Shown here one piece after another: positions 43,049-57,149 of a DNA stretch of 64,000 nt (position 1 is the first letter of the stretch; every line of letters starts with the position of its first letter). The stretch covers positions 37,448,001-37,512,000 of the forward strand of contig OX597831.1 of NCBI GenBank assembly GCA_951406725.2, in the 5' to 3' direction. The notes under the pieces are model-generated. The model searched no databases. It was not told the DNA's origin and saw only the letters and a program-made list of their open reading frames with translations. This stretch comes from Octopus vulgaris. Taxonomy: Eukaryota. A program made the translations under genes and the position numbers.

Positions 43049-44884
43049 ATGTACATATACTTACACAGGAATGTGGTAAAAAGCCTGCTTCCTAACCACA
43101 GGATTCAAGGGTTTGAGTCCCATTGCGTGACACCTAGGTCATGTGTCTTCTACAGTAGCCTCGGGCTGGCCAAATTTTTTGTGAGTGGATTTGGCCGACA
43201 GAAAATTAACGAAGACGTATGCTTATACTTGTGTGCGTGTTATGGTGTGCACCAGATTTGATCTCTGAGTTATGTTTTCAGCAAAAACTCAATGAATAAA
43301 AACTGTATCCTCCATGAATACAGTCTGAGGTCGATACATTCGGCCGAGGCTTTCAAATTGACACAACATTTTGAGCACAGTGAAATTACTGCAACCGCAA
43401 CAATAACATAAACAAACACTTATGGTACTGGCTTCCTTAACATTTGAAGTTGTAATCATTGTTATTTTTATCGTTTTTGAAGTGTTTCTTCAATCATCCT
43501 TCATTAAGCGTTTCTTGTATCATATACATTCCAATTTTGAACATCACAACTTTTCAAAGTTGACGTCACCTTGGAGTCAGCAGAGAGGCTGGCACGGCTC
43601 CCAGTGATGGAGGTGACTGTTCGGCCTGGTTGGCTGTACACACAATGACGTCGTTGGGATCACTAATCTGAAATGACCCCCAGCCCCAGCAAGCATGAGC
43701 ATGAAGGAAGCAAGCAAGCAAATAATTTTTTCGAAGGTTATTCAAAATTTAATTATTCCGTGGGCCCTAGGTTTTACGGTTATAGATTTCTGTTTTTACG
43801 CTTTTCTCCGTGAGAAACCGACAGAAGCGTCTGTGATGGAATACGAACTGGCGAGCGATGGATTCGTAGGATGGCAACCTGACCACGCATAAGTCATGAT
43901 TCAGAACTCTCGGAAAAGGAAAACGCAAACAGCAATAATAATAATAGTTATCATAATAGCTAATAGGAAAATAAAAGAAAACTTTTTAATGAAAAAAGAA
44001 AGAAATGAATAAAGCCAATATGGAGAACTTGAAAAGTATGCTGTAAAAACCATACGTGTCTTTACAGCTAACATTGTAGTAACAGATCAAAGCCCTATTT
44101 AAAAAGCCCTATAGAAATACCAATTGATTTCCTCGCAGCACCCAACGAACTCTGTATAATCATATAATGGTGAAGGTCATCATATGATATTTAAGCAGTA
44201 CAATAAACAAATAAATGTAGAATAAATACATAAAATTCGGGAATCTGAAAGAAAAGACCAATGCTATTTCTTCACAGATGTTTAGGTTTCTCTCTGGTAT
44301 TTCTTTTAATTTCCTTCTTTGACACTCTGTAAGAACGCAGACGATTTATTACCGATATGAAAGAATGAGGGAGAACGAAAGGTTGTAGTGGTGTATATTC
44401 TTACTATTCTCCAGTGGCATTACCGAACCGATGCAAATCATTTATTTATTTATTTATTTATATATTGTGGTCGATTGAAGTAGGATCCAAACAGAATTGC
44501 AGAGTTCAATCACCACTAACTTGCTGCACCGTATCAAGGCACTGGCTTTCGTGATTGTTTCATCTTGTTTAGTACTACTGATTGGTAGCCAAACAGAAAT
44601 TGTAAATCGATTACCAAACCACACTCAATGTTCAATATTTCCTTTCTACAAAACCCGAATGTCAGCTCCAGTGCAGTTCATTGTTAAATACACAACATTG
44701 ACTCCGTAACTGTTATGTAATATAATTATTTCTATCCAAAAAAAAAAGGATCCTTTTATCATTTCTAATCACGTTCACTTCCATATTTGGGCGACCTATC
44801 AGTTACGTATCCATTCGAGAAATAAAACTTCTAAAATAAGAAGATATTGACACACAGTGGAATTCATATACTCTCTCTCACTCT

Positions 44885-45174
44885 CCTTACTCTTTTATTT
44901 GTTTCAGTCATTTGACAGCGGCCATGCTGGAACACCGCCTTTAGTCGAACAAATCGACCCCAGGACTTATTCTTTGTAAGCGTAGTACATATTTTATCGG
45001 TTTCTTTTGCCGAACTGCTAAGTTTCGGTGACGTAAACACACCAGCGGTTGTCAAGGGATGTTGGGGTACAAACACATACATATACATACATATGTATAT
45101 ATATATATACACACATATATACACACATATATATACATATATACATATACATTCCTATATATACATATACATAC

Positions 45175-45253
<79 letters not shown>

Positions 45254-45453
45254 TGTGTGTGTGTGTGTGTGTACATATATACATATATACGACGGACTTC
45301 TTTCAGTTTCCGTCAAACCAAATCCACTCACAAGGCTTTGGTCGGCCCGAAGCCATAGTAGAAGACACTTGCCCAAGGTGCCACGCAGTGGGACCGAACC
45401 CGGAACCGTGTGGTTCGTAAGCAAGCTACTTACCACACACCCACTCCTACGCC
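44885..45453 (-). mobile_element. CORE-like SINE with expanded internal microsatellite
   Basis: Family similarity. Confidence 0.88.
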
Positions 45454-47076
45454 TATTAAAGTCTTCGCAGCTTTATTAATAAAGCATATTACTCTACTTC
45501 TGGTATTCGAGTACTATTTGTTAGAATTTGTGCGAATTAGAATTAATAAACTCACTAAAACTATAGCGCATATTTTGTTGATGTGGAATGAGGAGATGTA
45601 AAGGTTACTTTGCTGGAACACCTCAGAATGTAATCGATTGTTGGTTTTCTTTGCAAGTATTTGAATCACGTTTCCATGTGAGTAGATTAATCTCGCAGAG
45701 TCTAGTTACCTGCCGTAAGTTCATATCATTTTGAAACAGTTGGACGCCAAAGCTACTTACATTATTTTAGTTGCCTTTTCATTTTGAGTTCAACTTACAC
45801 AGTAGAAAAAAACTGATTTTCAGCCTTCACAATATGATAAAGATGTTATATGCCGGGACATGATTTAGTGGTTTTTAGGCTCTTCCAAAATATATTATTT
45901 AAAAAAATATTTCGATAGATTGTACAAAAGTAAGTGCCAGCAGTGTTAGGTACGACGGTTCTTAAACATATACGTCTATGTAAGCAATGCAGTTGAATAT
46001 AGAAAAATAGACTATGAGTGTATATGCATATTTCGAGAATTATTCCCTTATCGTCAGCACATCAGAGGGAACAATACCATAGACATTTTCGTAGCTCAAA
46101 TCCTTTGAGGATCTGTGCTTTGGAACTAATCGGAGACAGAAGTTAAATGTAAATACGTTTCCGTTCCTCTTATCATGTTTCGAGGTTCTAACAAACGTAT
46201 GCGTTTTTGCAACCTCTACTAAAATACCTAACGAGAGATAAACCAATAGCAAATATATATTGAAATTGCGTAACCAGACACTGTACCTGGTACAAATTAG
46301 TTGCAAGTATAATGGTTGTCTTTTAGTCTTTTTTAACCAAGAAACAACTGTATTCGTTCAACGATGACAAACCAACATACAACATATTTACAGTTACTTT
46401 CACTATCAACTAAGAAAGAGAAACGAAAGGGGATAAAATTAACATCTCTGTGGATGCTTTTTTTATTTGAAATTATTGCAAACCGAATCAGATTCATTAA
46501 AATGTGACTAGTTAAGTGAAAAAAACAATGTTTCGCCAATAACTTGTGACTCAGCAAAGAGGGCTGTTTCCCACCCCCCTGCCCCCCATTAGCTATTTAT
46601 TACTTACATCTCTAGAAGCAAATGTATCACACTAAAAATGTGCATACACAAGAGTGAGTGTATCAATGGGGATTGGGTTGGGATGAGCGTCTACGATAGG
46701 TTATTTGAATCTTTGTGTGGCCACAATATTCGATTTTATAAAAAATTGTTTGTTCGATTATTTGACGTTAGGATAACCCCGTTCCTAAAATCAAGCGCAA
46801 AGCAGCAAGAATTATGCACACATACACACACAAACACACACACACACAGACACACACGCACACGCACAGACACACACATATATATATATATAAGCATGTA
46901 TGTGTATGTATATCCATATATTTGTATGTATAGGGCTATGGCTATTTATATATATATATATGCATGCATGCACACACATATATAAATATATATATTTATA
47001 TTTATATTTATATATATATGCATATCTCACTCTTCATGCATACATATATACACTGAAACACAGATACACACACACA

Positions 47077-47136
<60 letters not shown>

Positions 47137-47367
47137 CATGGCCGCAGCTCTGAGCTGAAACTAGAAAAAAAAAAAATAAAACACGTACATACTGACATAC
47201 AGAGTAACGATGTTCCCATTAGAGGAGGTAATTGCTTGGAATTGTCGATAAACTGATATATCATCTATGAATGACAAATTTATGTAGGTAATTTCACATT
47301 TACTTTGATAGAATCGAAGACAAGCAATATATACATACATACATACATATATATATATTTATATTAT

Positions 47368-47427
<60 letters not shown>

Positions 47428-47433
47428 ATATAT

Positions 47434-47475
<42 letters not shown>

Positions 47476-48317
47476 ATATAACAATTTCATGAATAGAAAA
47501 AAAAAATTTTAATCGTTCGTAAAACAACATAAAACATCATAAATTTCCTTTTTATTTACCAAGTTTGGTATGAATGTCTGCAAGACCAGGTATTATTCAT
47601 TTTATTATTATTATTTTCATTATTATTATTTTTTATTATTTTGTTGTTTTTTAATTTCACTTTTCACTTTCACAACATTTTTTTTTCTATCTTGTTTATA
47701 TTCTCTCAATTAAACTTAATTAAGCATCATTAAGAATGAGAATTAGTTAAATGTCACACTGATAATAGCTAATACCTATAATCAATTGGAATGTTGGCAC
47801 ACTATTAAAAAAACTTATCACAGTTTCTTGCTTATTGCAAACGAATGGAGAAGACAGAAGAATGTGGCTATGCTGGAATCTTGGCGTGAAAGGAACTCAA
47901 CCACAACAGAAAGAGTAGACATACTTTGTATCGATAGGAGAAAGAAACCAATGTTCCAGCGAAGAATTAAAGGGCCTATATTCTATATTTTTGTAGGTAA
48001 AATGTTGTATGCTGGAGATTATCCAGAAATATATTTTAAAAATATATACAAATATAAAATACTTAGATTAACGTATCGATTTGTATAGTGTTTATAATAC
48101 GTATGACAACGAGTGATAAAAACTCTACTTCTATTATTATTCAAGTGGTAACTATCGAATCATACAACCGGTTTCCTTCGCATCCTCCCACTCTTTCTAT
48201 CTCTCTCTCTCTTTCTCTATTGGAAAGAAATCTTGAAATAAACTGAATAATGACATACATACATACATAAAAAAACTTCATACATACATACATACATACA
48301 TACATACATAAACAAAT

Positions 48318-48646
48318 ATCAATGGAAATAGTAGTTGTGATACCTGTGTCGGTGGCACATAAAAAGCACCATCCGAACGTGGCCGATGCCAGCGCCGCCT
48401 TAGCTGGATTCCGTGCCGGTGGCACGTTAAAAGCACCAGCCGATCGTGGCCGATACCAGAACCCCCTGGCACCTGTGCAGGTGGCACGTAAAAAGCACCC
48501 ACTACACTCGCGGAGTGGTTGGCGTTAGCAAGGGCATCCAGCTGTAGAAACACTGCCAGATCAGACTGGAGCCTGGTGCAGCCCTGGCTTCCCAGACCCC
48601 GGTCGAACCGACCAACCCGTTCTAGCGCAGAAAACGGACGTTAAAC

Positions 48647-48687
<41 letters not shown>

Positions 48688-48690
48688 GGA
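48318..48690 (+). mobile_element. 5'-truncated SINE with three internal ggtggcacgtaaaaagcacc-like repeats and a (GAT)n tail
   Basis: Repeats at about 48345, 48412 and 48474; ends gacgttaaac(gat)n. Confidence 0.75.
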
Positions 48691-48712
48691 GGAGGAGGAT
48701 ACATACATACAT

Positions 48713-48754
<42 letters not shown>

Positions 48755-48758
<4 letters not shown>

Positions 48759-49075
48759 ACTCCAACACCAATGGGGAGGTAGACAACCAATTACTTCCTA
48801 CACAATGATGGCGATCATGGTCACAAATCAGTATTGATGTCATATGTCAAGTGAAACTGAAATTTCTGCAGCGAAGGAAAGAGACAAAAGAGACAAGTAA
48901 CTATCTTGTCTAGGTTTGTGATCAACATCATAATTAAGGTAGCTAATGGACTTAAAGAGAGGTGTGAATTAAAAGCTGATACAGATCTCCTCGCCCAGAG
49001 CATTGTAAAAAATTTATTTATTAGAAGAAGCAAATGATAAGCGGACAAATGTACTGAGACAGAAGTACATGAATA
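48755..49075 (+). mobile_element. R4/Dong-like LINE fragment, paralogous to 49998-50295
   Basis: NGEVDNQLLPTQ*W resembles the decayed xDVDRLYxPRxxGGRG motif; aligns by eye with the downstream copy. Confidence 0.6.
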
Positions 49076-49299
49076 CTTAAATAATACAAGAAGAGCTTTT
49101 TCATACGCTGTCATACGTATTATAAACACTATACAAACCGGTATGTTAATCTAAGGATTTTAGATTTGTATACATCTAAAAAAAAATATTTTCGGATAAT
49201 CCTGTAGCATATAACGTTCTCATTTTAACTGCGAAAATATAGAATATAGACCCAGCCAAGCTGTTTATCTATATCTAGTTATGTGTGTGTATGTGTGTT

Positions 49300-49358
<59 letters not shown>

Positions 49359-49443
49359 ACAGTCACAGAATATATAATCCTTTATATCTGAATAATGACA
49401 TACATACATACATACATACTTACATATACATAATCCCTTAAGT

Positions 49444-49830
49444 TGGCGAGCTGGCAGAAACTTTAGCACGCCGGGCGAAATGTATTTCGCCTGCCGCTAC
49501 GTTCTGAGTTCAAATCCAGCCGAGGTCGACTTTGCCTTTGATCCTTTCGGAGTGGATTAAATGAGCACCAGTTACGCACTGGGGTCGATATAATCGACTT
49601 AATCCGTTTATATATCCTTGTTTGTTCTCTCTGTGTTTAGCCCCTTGTGGGTAGTCTGCCGCTACTTTCTGAGCTCAAATTCCGCCGAGGTCGACTTTGC
49701 CTTTCATCGTTTGGAGGTCAATAAATTAAGTACCAGTTACGTACTGAGATCGATGTAATCGACTCAATCCCCTTGTCTGTCCTTGTTTGTCGCCTCTATG
49801 TTAAGCCCCTTGTGGGCAATAAAAAAATAT
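49444..49830 (+). mobile_element. Dimeric Nin-domain SINE
   Basis: Two Nin domains; ataatccctt flanks. Confidence 0.85.
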
Positions 49831-49997
49831 GAATATATAATCCCTTCTTTCTCATGAGCATTAAAATACTGTCCTTCATATTTTTCTCTTTGTTTTCGAT
49901 CAGTAAAATTCCAACATACATATTTGCATACATACATACATACATACATACATACATACATACATACATACATACATACATACATACATACATACAT

Positions 49998-51010
49998 AGA
50001 AACTTTAAAATCAATGGAGAGGTAGACAGGCAATACTTCATACGCAATGATGGTGGCGGTAGTCATAAATCTGCATTGATGTCATTCGAATCCCATATTG
50101 TGACACTGAAAATTCTGCAACGAAGGAAAGAGAGATGTAACTATGTTGTCCACGTTTGTGATCAAGAACATAATTAAGATAGCTAATGGACTTGAGAAGT
50201 AAAAGCTGATACATTGATAAAAAATATTTATCAGAGGAAGAAGTTAAAAAGCGGACAAATGTACTGAGACAAATGTACTGAGACAAATGTACTTGGCAAA
50301 AAAAAAAAGCACACATACACTTACACACACACACGCAGTAGAAGGGATTCATGATTTCAAAAGCTTGGCATGGAAAAGCGACAGGTTTATGATATGCAAT
50401 TCAAGAACAGGAGATTCGCACCAAGTACCGACGGCATAAAAATCAGAAAACATTAATAGACATCCAATGTAGGCTGTGCAAGACGAAGACTGAGAATATG
50501 AGGCACATTACAACCAGTAGAATATGAGGCACATTACGATCCGGTAGCCAGAACATTCTGGAACGGTGGAACGGGACAACAAAAAAAAACCCAAAAAAAC
50601 CGAAAGCTCCTACAGCCTTAGTGACATATAAAGGCTTACGGGTAAAAACATATTGGTGCAATTTTAAAATTAAAACAGCCACAAAGTTAGAACACAACCA
50701 GTCAGCTGGTCTCAGAAGAAAAAGAAATGATCTGCTGTGGAAATGAGCCGCCCTCTGGGCACAAATGTATTTAGAAAAACACAGGAGAAAGAGAAAATGT
50801 TTGGACCATTGATGAAGAGTTAGCAAATTCAGTGCCTGAAATATATTTTCTGCTTCATACCTAATATTATCCGATCAAAATGATATACACCATTCTTTCT
50901 GGAGTTAAGTGTGGCCGAACGTGCGTTAAGAGAACGTAAATCCTTAATTTGTATACTACAAATGATCACGATATCCGGACTATAAGAATCTGAAATAATT
51001 TCTTAAGACG
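49998..51010 (+). mobile_element. R4/Dong-like non-LTR retrotransposon 3' remnant (zinc knuckle and restriction-like endonuclease)
   Basis: NGEVDRQYFIRNDGG; AIQEQEIRTKY...CRLCKTKTENMRHI; YWCNFKIKTATKLEHNQ; VEMSRP...KTQEKE. Confidence 0.7.
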
Positions 51011-52092
51011 TAATGGATGATGAACAAAAGATGTTTCGTTCGCAACCTTGCTACCAAGCACGTGATTGAACACGATGTATTCTAAATTAAAAACAGAAAG
51101 AGAACATATACATGAACACACACACACACACACACACACTCACACATACACACACCACACACACATTTTTAGATACACATACAAACACACACACATATAT
51201 ATATGCATATATTCATATGTATAATATATATGTGAGTGTGTGTGTGTTTGTGTGTGTACATGCGTATGTATATATAGATTTATATACACACATATACATG
51301 ATTAGAAATGCACATATACAAATATATATATATATACATATATACACACATATATATATATATATATACGCACACATTTTTATACATGCATATATGTTCG
51401 AATGTATGTATGTATATGTATGTATATATGTATGTATCATCCACTGACAGGCTTAGAGTTATACACATTCAAGAATTTGTTTGCAAAAAATAAATATAAA
51501 TTTATGATACATTTTTTTTTAATATGATAATCCTAAAGATAATCCGAACCATTTTCCTCAAAACCCGTTTGCCATGATCTTCATATCACGTGATAAATTA
51601 CATTGTGTAGATATTACAACTATACGTTGCAATGACGTATAAATATATTGCTTCAGTGTATTATAAGTGACATTGACGCTGATTAGATTCATAAAGCCTA
51701 TGTCACGTGGTGTTTGTGTGTTAACTTGAACGATGAAATTAGCTGAAATGTTTGGAAAACCTTTAATGTATTTAGTGACAGTGAAAACACTCACTTAGAC
51801 TACTCTCTGTACTATTAGTGACAATGACAAGATAAATTATCACATAATACGAGAGAAAGGTTTTCGCGAATTTCTTTGTCACTCCAAGCGTTTTCAAGAC
51901 AGAATTTACTTTAGTCAGCTACCACAACCTTCGACAATGACACCTTCTTTCATTACGAGGCAGAGACTGCACGATTGATTGCCGTGCTAAAGTAGCAACC
52001 GGCTAGCCCTAAAACAATACCATACTTTACGGCCTTAACAGACGTCATATGACGCGATAGGTACACACACACACACAAGCACACATATATAC

Positions 52093-52194
<102 letters not shown>

Positions 52195-52217
52195 ATGTGT
52201 GTGTGTGTGTGTGTAAA

Positions 52218-52380
52218 GGAGCAGGCATGGCTGTGTGGCAAGTAGCTTGCTTACCAACCACATGGTTCCAGGTTCGCTCCTACTATGTGGCATCTTGGGC
52301 AAATGTCCTCTGCTAGATCTTCGGCTAATCAAAGCCTTTAGGAGTGGATTTGGTAGACGGAAACTGAAAGAAGCCCGTCG

Positions 52381-52419
<39 letters not shown>

Positions 52420-52630
52420 ATGCATGCTTATATGTGTGCGTGTTTGTGTTTCTGTGTTTACCCCCTCCCACCATCGCTTGACAACCGGTGTTGGTGTGTT
52501 TACGTCCCCGTACCTTAGCGGTTCAGCTAAAGAGGACTATAAAATAAGTACTAGGGTCGATTTCTTTGATTAAAGCGGTGCTCCACCATGACAGCACACA
52601 TGACGGAAACAAATAAAAGAATAAGACGAT
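52218..52630 (+). mobile_element. CORE-like SINE
   Basis: Family similarity. Confidence 0.85.
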
Positions 52631-52647
52631 AAAAGATTACATATATC

Positions 52648-52689
<42 letters not shown>

Positions 52690-52703
52690 AGTATATATAT
52701 ATA

Positions 52704-52756
<53 letters not shown>

Positions 52757-52829
52757 CTTACAGGTGTGTGGACACATGAAAAAGTGGCACACATGTAGTA
52801 ACAGTTACTTATATAGGTTTAATAGTTTG

Positions 52830-53222
52830 TCACAAGACCAACAGATTAAAGGAAGATGTAAGTCGATTACATTGACGCCAGTGCTCAACTGGAACTCACA
52901 TTAACGACCCCGAAGTGAGAGAAAGCAAACTTGACCTCGTTGGAATTTGAACTCAGAATGTCAAGTCGGAGGAAACATGCTACTAAACATTGTTTCCCGG
53001 CTGGCTAACGTTTCTGCCCACACTTTTCTACTCTATGCACAAAGCCCCAATTTTTTTTAGGTGGGGGCCAGTCGATTAGATCGACATCAGTACGCAACTG
53101 GCACTTAGTTTATCGACCCCGAAAGGATGAAAGGCAAAGTTGACGTCGGCGGAATTTGAACTCGGAACGTAAAGGCAGACGAAATACCGCTAAGCGTTAC
53201 GCCCGGCGTGCTAACTTTTCTA
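52830..53222 (-). mobile_element. Two tandem Nin-domain SINEs
   Basis: Nin domains at about 52880-52950 and 53090-53165. Confidence 0.75.
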
Positions 53223-53479
53223 CCCTAAGTGTTACATGTATTATTGCCTATAACAGTTTCATTTGGAACCATACAAGTTTCATAGGACCCTTGCAGAAAC
53301 CTAGCCTCTCTGGCTCGCCTAAACGACTAAGCCCAACGAACTAGGTGTCAGTAAGCCGCTTCGTGATATAAACACGTTCGTTTGCGCACAAGTTATTCTG
53401 ATATACGAAGTAATGGATTTAGAACTGAGCGTTTGTGCAACTTTTCACATATCTTCCTCACAGATATGTATATAAAATA

Positions 53480-53864
53480 CGAGCAGTATCGCCCGGCGTT
53501 GCTCAGGTTTGTAAGGGAAATAACTATAAAGCATTTTTAGAGAGTTATAGCCCAAAAATAGCAAAAAAAAGGGAAACAAAATGACGGTAAATTTTTTTTG
53601 AGAGTTTAAAAGGTCGAGTTGCGTCCCCTAGACAGTCTGTGGTTTGTGTTTCTCATTCTCGACCCCATGTTGAATTTATCGATTTTTTTCAGAACTGGGG
53701 GAACTTTTCAAAATTTTCGCTGCGTTAGTTTTGAATTATGACATTGGGCTCTGTGTGTGTCAAGTTTCATCAGAATCGGTTGAAAGCCGTGGTCAGGATG
53801 AGGGTACAAGCAAACAGACACACAGAAACACACACAGACAAACTGCCGTTTATATATAGAGAGA
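53480..53864 (-). mobile_element. Non-autonomous Helitron sharing its 3' end with 32275-32670
   Basis: Minus strand: A|TCtctctatatataaa...cctgagcaacgccgggcgatactgCTCG|T (CTAG mutated). Confidence 0.8.
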
Positions 53865-53946
53865 TATAAGTAAAATCTTCCTTACGGATATATAAGTAAA
53901 CTATAGGAGAGTATTGTAGTTCGCATGAAGCATCGTGTATTGTTTG

Positions 53947-54214
53947 TAAAGAATAAAAAGTTTTGAATTGTACAACAATGGATTATATACCTGTTGTAAC
54001 TCAGTCATCCATAGTCTGATAATATTTCGGAATAAAAGTCTTTCTTCAGATATTCTTAGATGGAGTCGCTGTTGGAAAACCGATTATAGCAGCCACTCCA
54101 TCTAAGAATATCTGAAGAAGGAATTTTATTCCAAAATATTATCAGATTACGGATGACTAAATTACAACAGGTATATAGTCCATTGTTGCACCATTCAAAA
54201 CTTTTCATTCTTTA
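53947..54214. mobile_element. Fold-back element with ~127-bp arms, each carrying a hammerhead motif
   Basis: 53947-54073 vs 54087-54214; HHR motifs at 54013-54054 (-) and 54107-54148 (+). Confidence 0.85.
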
Positions 54215-54611
54215 TAAGTAAAATACAGTTTATTACGGAAAGCGTTTAAATATATGAAGAAAATCCGTGATGGATGAAATCTCCCCCAAGGTGCCACAAT
54301 TCCACGTTACATGAGTGAAGTTAAAGCATGTGATTGCACGGCAAGCTTTCTAAGCCACACAGCTATAAATATATTTTATCTCTTATCATCTACAAGTTTC
54401 AATCCCTGGACTTCGACCATGCTGGATCATTGCCTTGGAGGGTGTAACCGAACAAATCGAACACAGTACTTATTTTGTAAGCCTTATCTTTATTCCATAG
54501 GTTTCTTTTGCCAAACCAATCAGTAACGGACACGTAAAGAAGCGAATACCGTTTGTCAAGCACCAGTGATTGACAGAATCAGAAACAAACACACCCACGT
54601 ACTATATATAT

Positions 54612-54785
54612 ATCACTACACATTATTTATTTTCTCTCCTTGTTTTTGTTTCTGTGTTCCTTTCTGTGGAAGGGCGTAGGCTCGAAACGTTAAAGAATTT
54701 CACTTCACTAGCGTTAAACTAATACATCTGTTTGTTGTCTCCATCACCTGTCTTCGTCATTTATTTTTATGGATTCTTTCCCCCC
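54612..54785 (+). mobile_element. Solo Penelope pseudo-LTR
   Basis: Homologous to 30730-30995 and 35205-35397. Confidence 0.78.
54660..54695 (+). ncRNA. Best-preserved U6-variant minimal hammerhead
   Basis: cttt CTGTGGA a gggc-gtag-gctc GAAA C GTT aaag; AACGTT palindrome in place of a stem III hairpin. Confidence 0.65.
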
Positions 54786-55511
54786 ATATATATATATATA
54801 CATATACATACACATATAATGTGTGTGCGTATTTGTGTGTTTGTTTGTGAGTGCGTGTGTTTTTGTGTGTGTATGTGTGTGTGAGTTTGTGTTCGTGTGT
54901 GTATGTGTGTGTCTGTGTTTGTGTGTATGTGTGTTTGTGTGGTTGGAAAGCAAAGTTCTTACCACGCAGCCAAGGCTGCAACAGTATATACCAATTTCTT
55001 CACGTCACGAATGGTTAGAAAATAGACTTTGCAATTTGTTCTCAACAAAACAAGAGAAAATGAAGCAAAAATATACATTGTCCCAACATCCAGTGCAAGC
55101 GAAAATATCCGAATAAATTTAGTCACCATCAATACAAATATTCTGCGTATCCTCAAAAAAGAAATTTCACAGAAGATAATATACTAGATATACCACATCT
55201 AAGCAATAGTACAACACGCAAATCACAAGTATATAATCTAAATTTATCCATCAATCATTTCTTAATTAAACTCTGTCTCGCTACTTAGGTTAGATGTTCT
55301 CTTTTGACTCTTCATACATAAGTGATAATTACCACACATATGTATGTAGCTATCGCTTCGTGATAATTCGCGACTATTGAATTTTCACGCCTTATTCTCA
55401 GCGCCTTCTGTTACATTTCTGTGAAGATGGAGCAAATATTTGTTGGAAATTTAGAATTTGAGATGGGAAAATATATTTGAGTGAGACGTTAGCTCTGTCT
55501 CGTATATATAA

Positions 55512-55559
<48 letters not shown>

Positions 55560-55789
55560 CAAATAAATCCCAACTCTGTGTTTTATGTCTAATTTATATT
55601 CTTTATATAATATTAATGTAGAATATAGAATATATAGTATAAATAATATATATAGTAAAATGCAATGAAGTGTTGATTGTCTTATTGAATAGATGAAATA
55701 TTGAATATAAAATATTAAGGGACAAGTATACTTTCTTGCATTAAAGCAGTCTTCAAGGTCTCAGGTTGTTACAGGAGTGTTTCAACTGT

Positions 55790-55853
<64 letters not shown>

Positions 55854-55985
55854 TGATAATATATTGAAAATATATATATACAGACAGACTGATTTAGCCA
55901 AACCTTCAAGCGATTGAGTAGTCATTGCCTTTATGTCTACGACTGATGGACAGAGCTAGCCTAGTCCAGTAATCCTAGATTCACA

Positions 55986-56830
55986 CATGGGGTGCTTATC
56001 TTCTCTGTCTGTGTATATATATTCTGAGATTCATATAACATGAAGAGTTTTAACTTCTTTTAATACAGATGCTTCAGCATACTCCGTCACAATTGATGAC
56101 GATTAAACCTTTCATTTGTGCCTTTATATTGCGGTCACTTAGAGTAATGGCGGAATTTCTAATGTGCATGTTATATACAGACTGTGTAAGGTACTTGAGG
56201 ACATACTTTTGGGGGGTCATTGCTGCATTTTTCAGAAATGTTAGCCACGAGAACATCAGATATAAATCTTGTATGATGAGGAAAAGTCAATTTGTCAGAA
56301 AAAGCAAAAGAAAATCACTACATCAGATGTAAAATGTTCTTAAACAAACTAAAGAATTCCAGCAGAAGATTTGATTTGGTTTTGCTCAAGCAAGAAAAAC
56401 TTCGATCAAGCTCAAAAAGTAAAATGAAAAAATGATTGATGGTTATGTACAGACCTTTCTGAAGTTCCAAGTGTTATGCATACAATATTTTTCCTGCAAT
56501 TGACATGGTTTTAGAGGTTGTCAGCAATGAAAGACATGTGATGTCCCCTTGCTGTTTTCCACAATGCCTTAGAGTTAACTCTGCCGCCTACATTGAGGTC
56601 CTGGAAATAATTGTCAAGCTCTGGATGGACAGTGCATGCACTGGAATGCCATATGTGTTTCAGTAAGATTCTACACTATCACACATGGCTCTAGTAGCTC
56701 CTGTCCACTCTCCCATCAGACAGATTAAGCTTGGCTTGTTTTGATTATAACTAAACATGTTCACTCAACTGTGGCGGCCCTCATTTAAAGCGCAAAATAC
56801 ACTGTCACGCGACACTAATGCACCGACGTA
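55986..56830 (+). mobile_element. Decayed Tc1/mariner (maT-like) transposase remnant
   Basis: KNFDQAQKV, WLCTDLSEVPSVMHT, VVSNERHVM, LRVNSAAYIEVLEIIVKLWMD, PYVFQ*DS; the third-D region is missing. Confidence 0.7.
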
Positions 56831-57149
56831 ATGGGGAACGTACAAAAGATTATAATTTTAATCATGAGTTCATTCTCTACAAACAGTTGACAGAAAATAT
56901 TTAGAGCTTTGATTGTTTGGACTTATCCAGTCAACCGTGTCAGCCTTAACTTACGACGCCAAACATTGTCACTTGGTACTAACACAAGGACATATCGGAG
57001 AACCTACAACTATTTCTAAGACTAGTCATGTGGCTATCTTCTAACACTCTATTCTCAGTGTATATTCAACTTCTATTTTTCCTATATTTCTACTCGTGTG
57101 GAATAAAATATATTTCTTTCGTATATATATTCCACCGCCGAAGGAACGA

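Noticed and set aside
48345-48500. CRISPR-like repeat/spacer pattern
   Set aside because: Three degenerate internal SINE repeats with related spacers, in a eukaryotic context with no cas genes.
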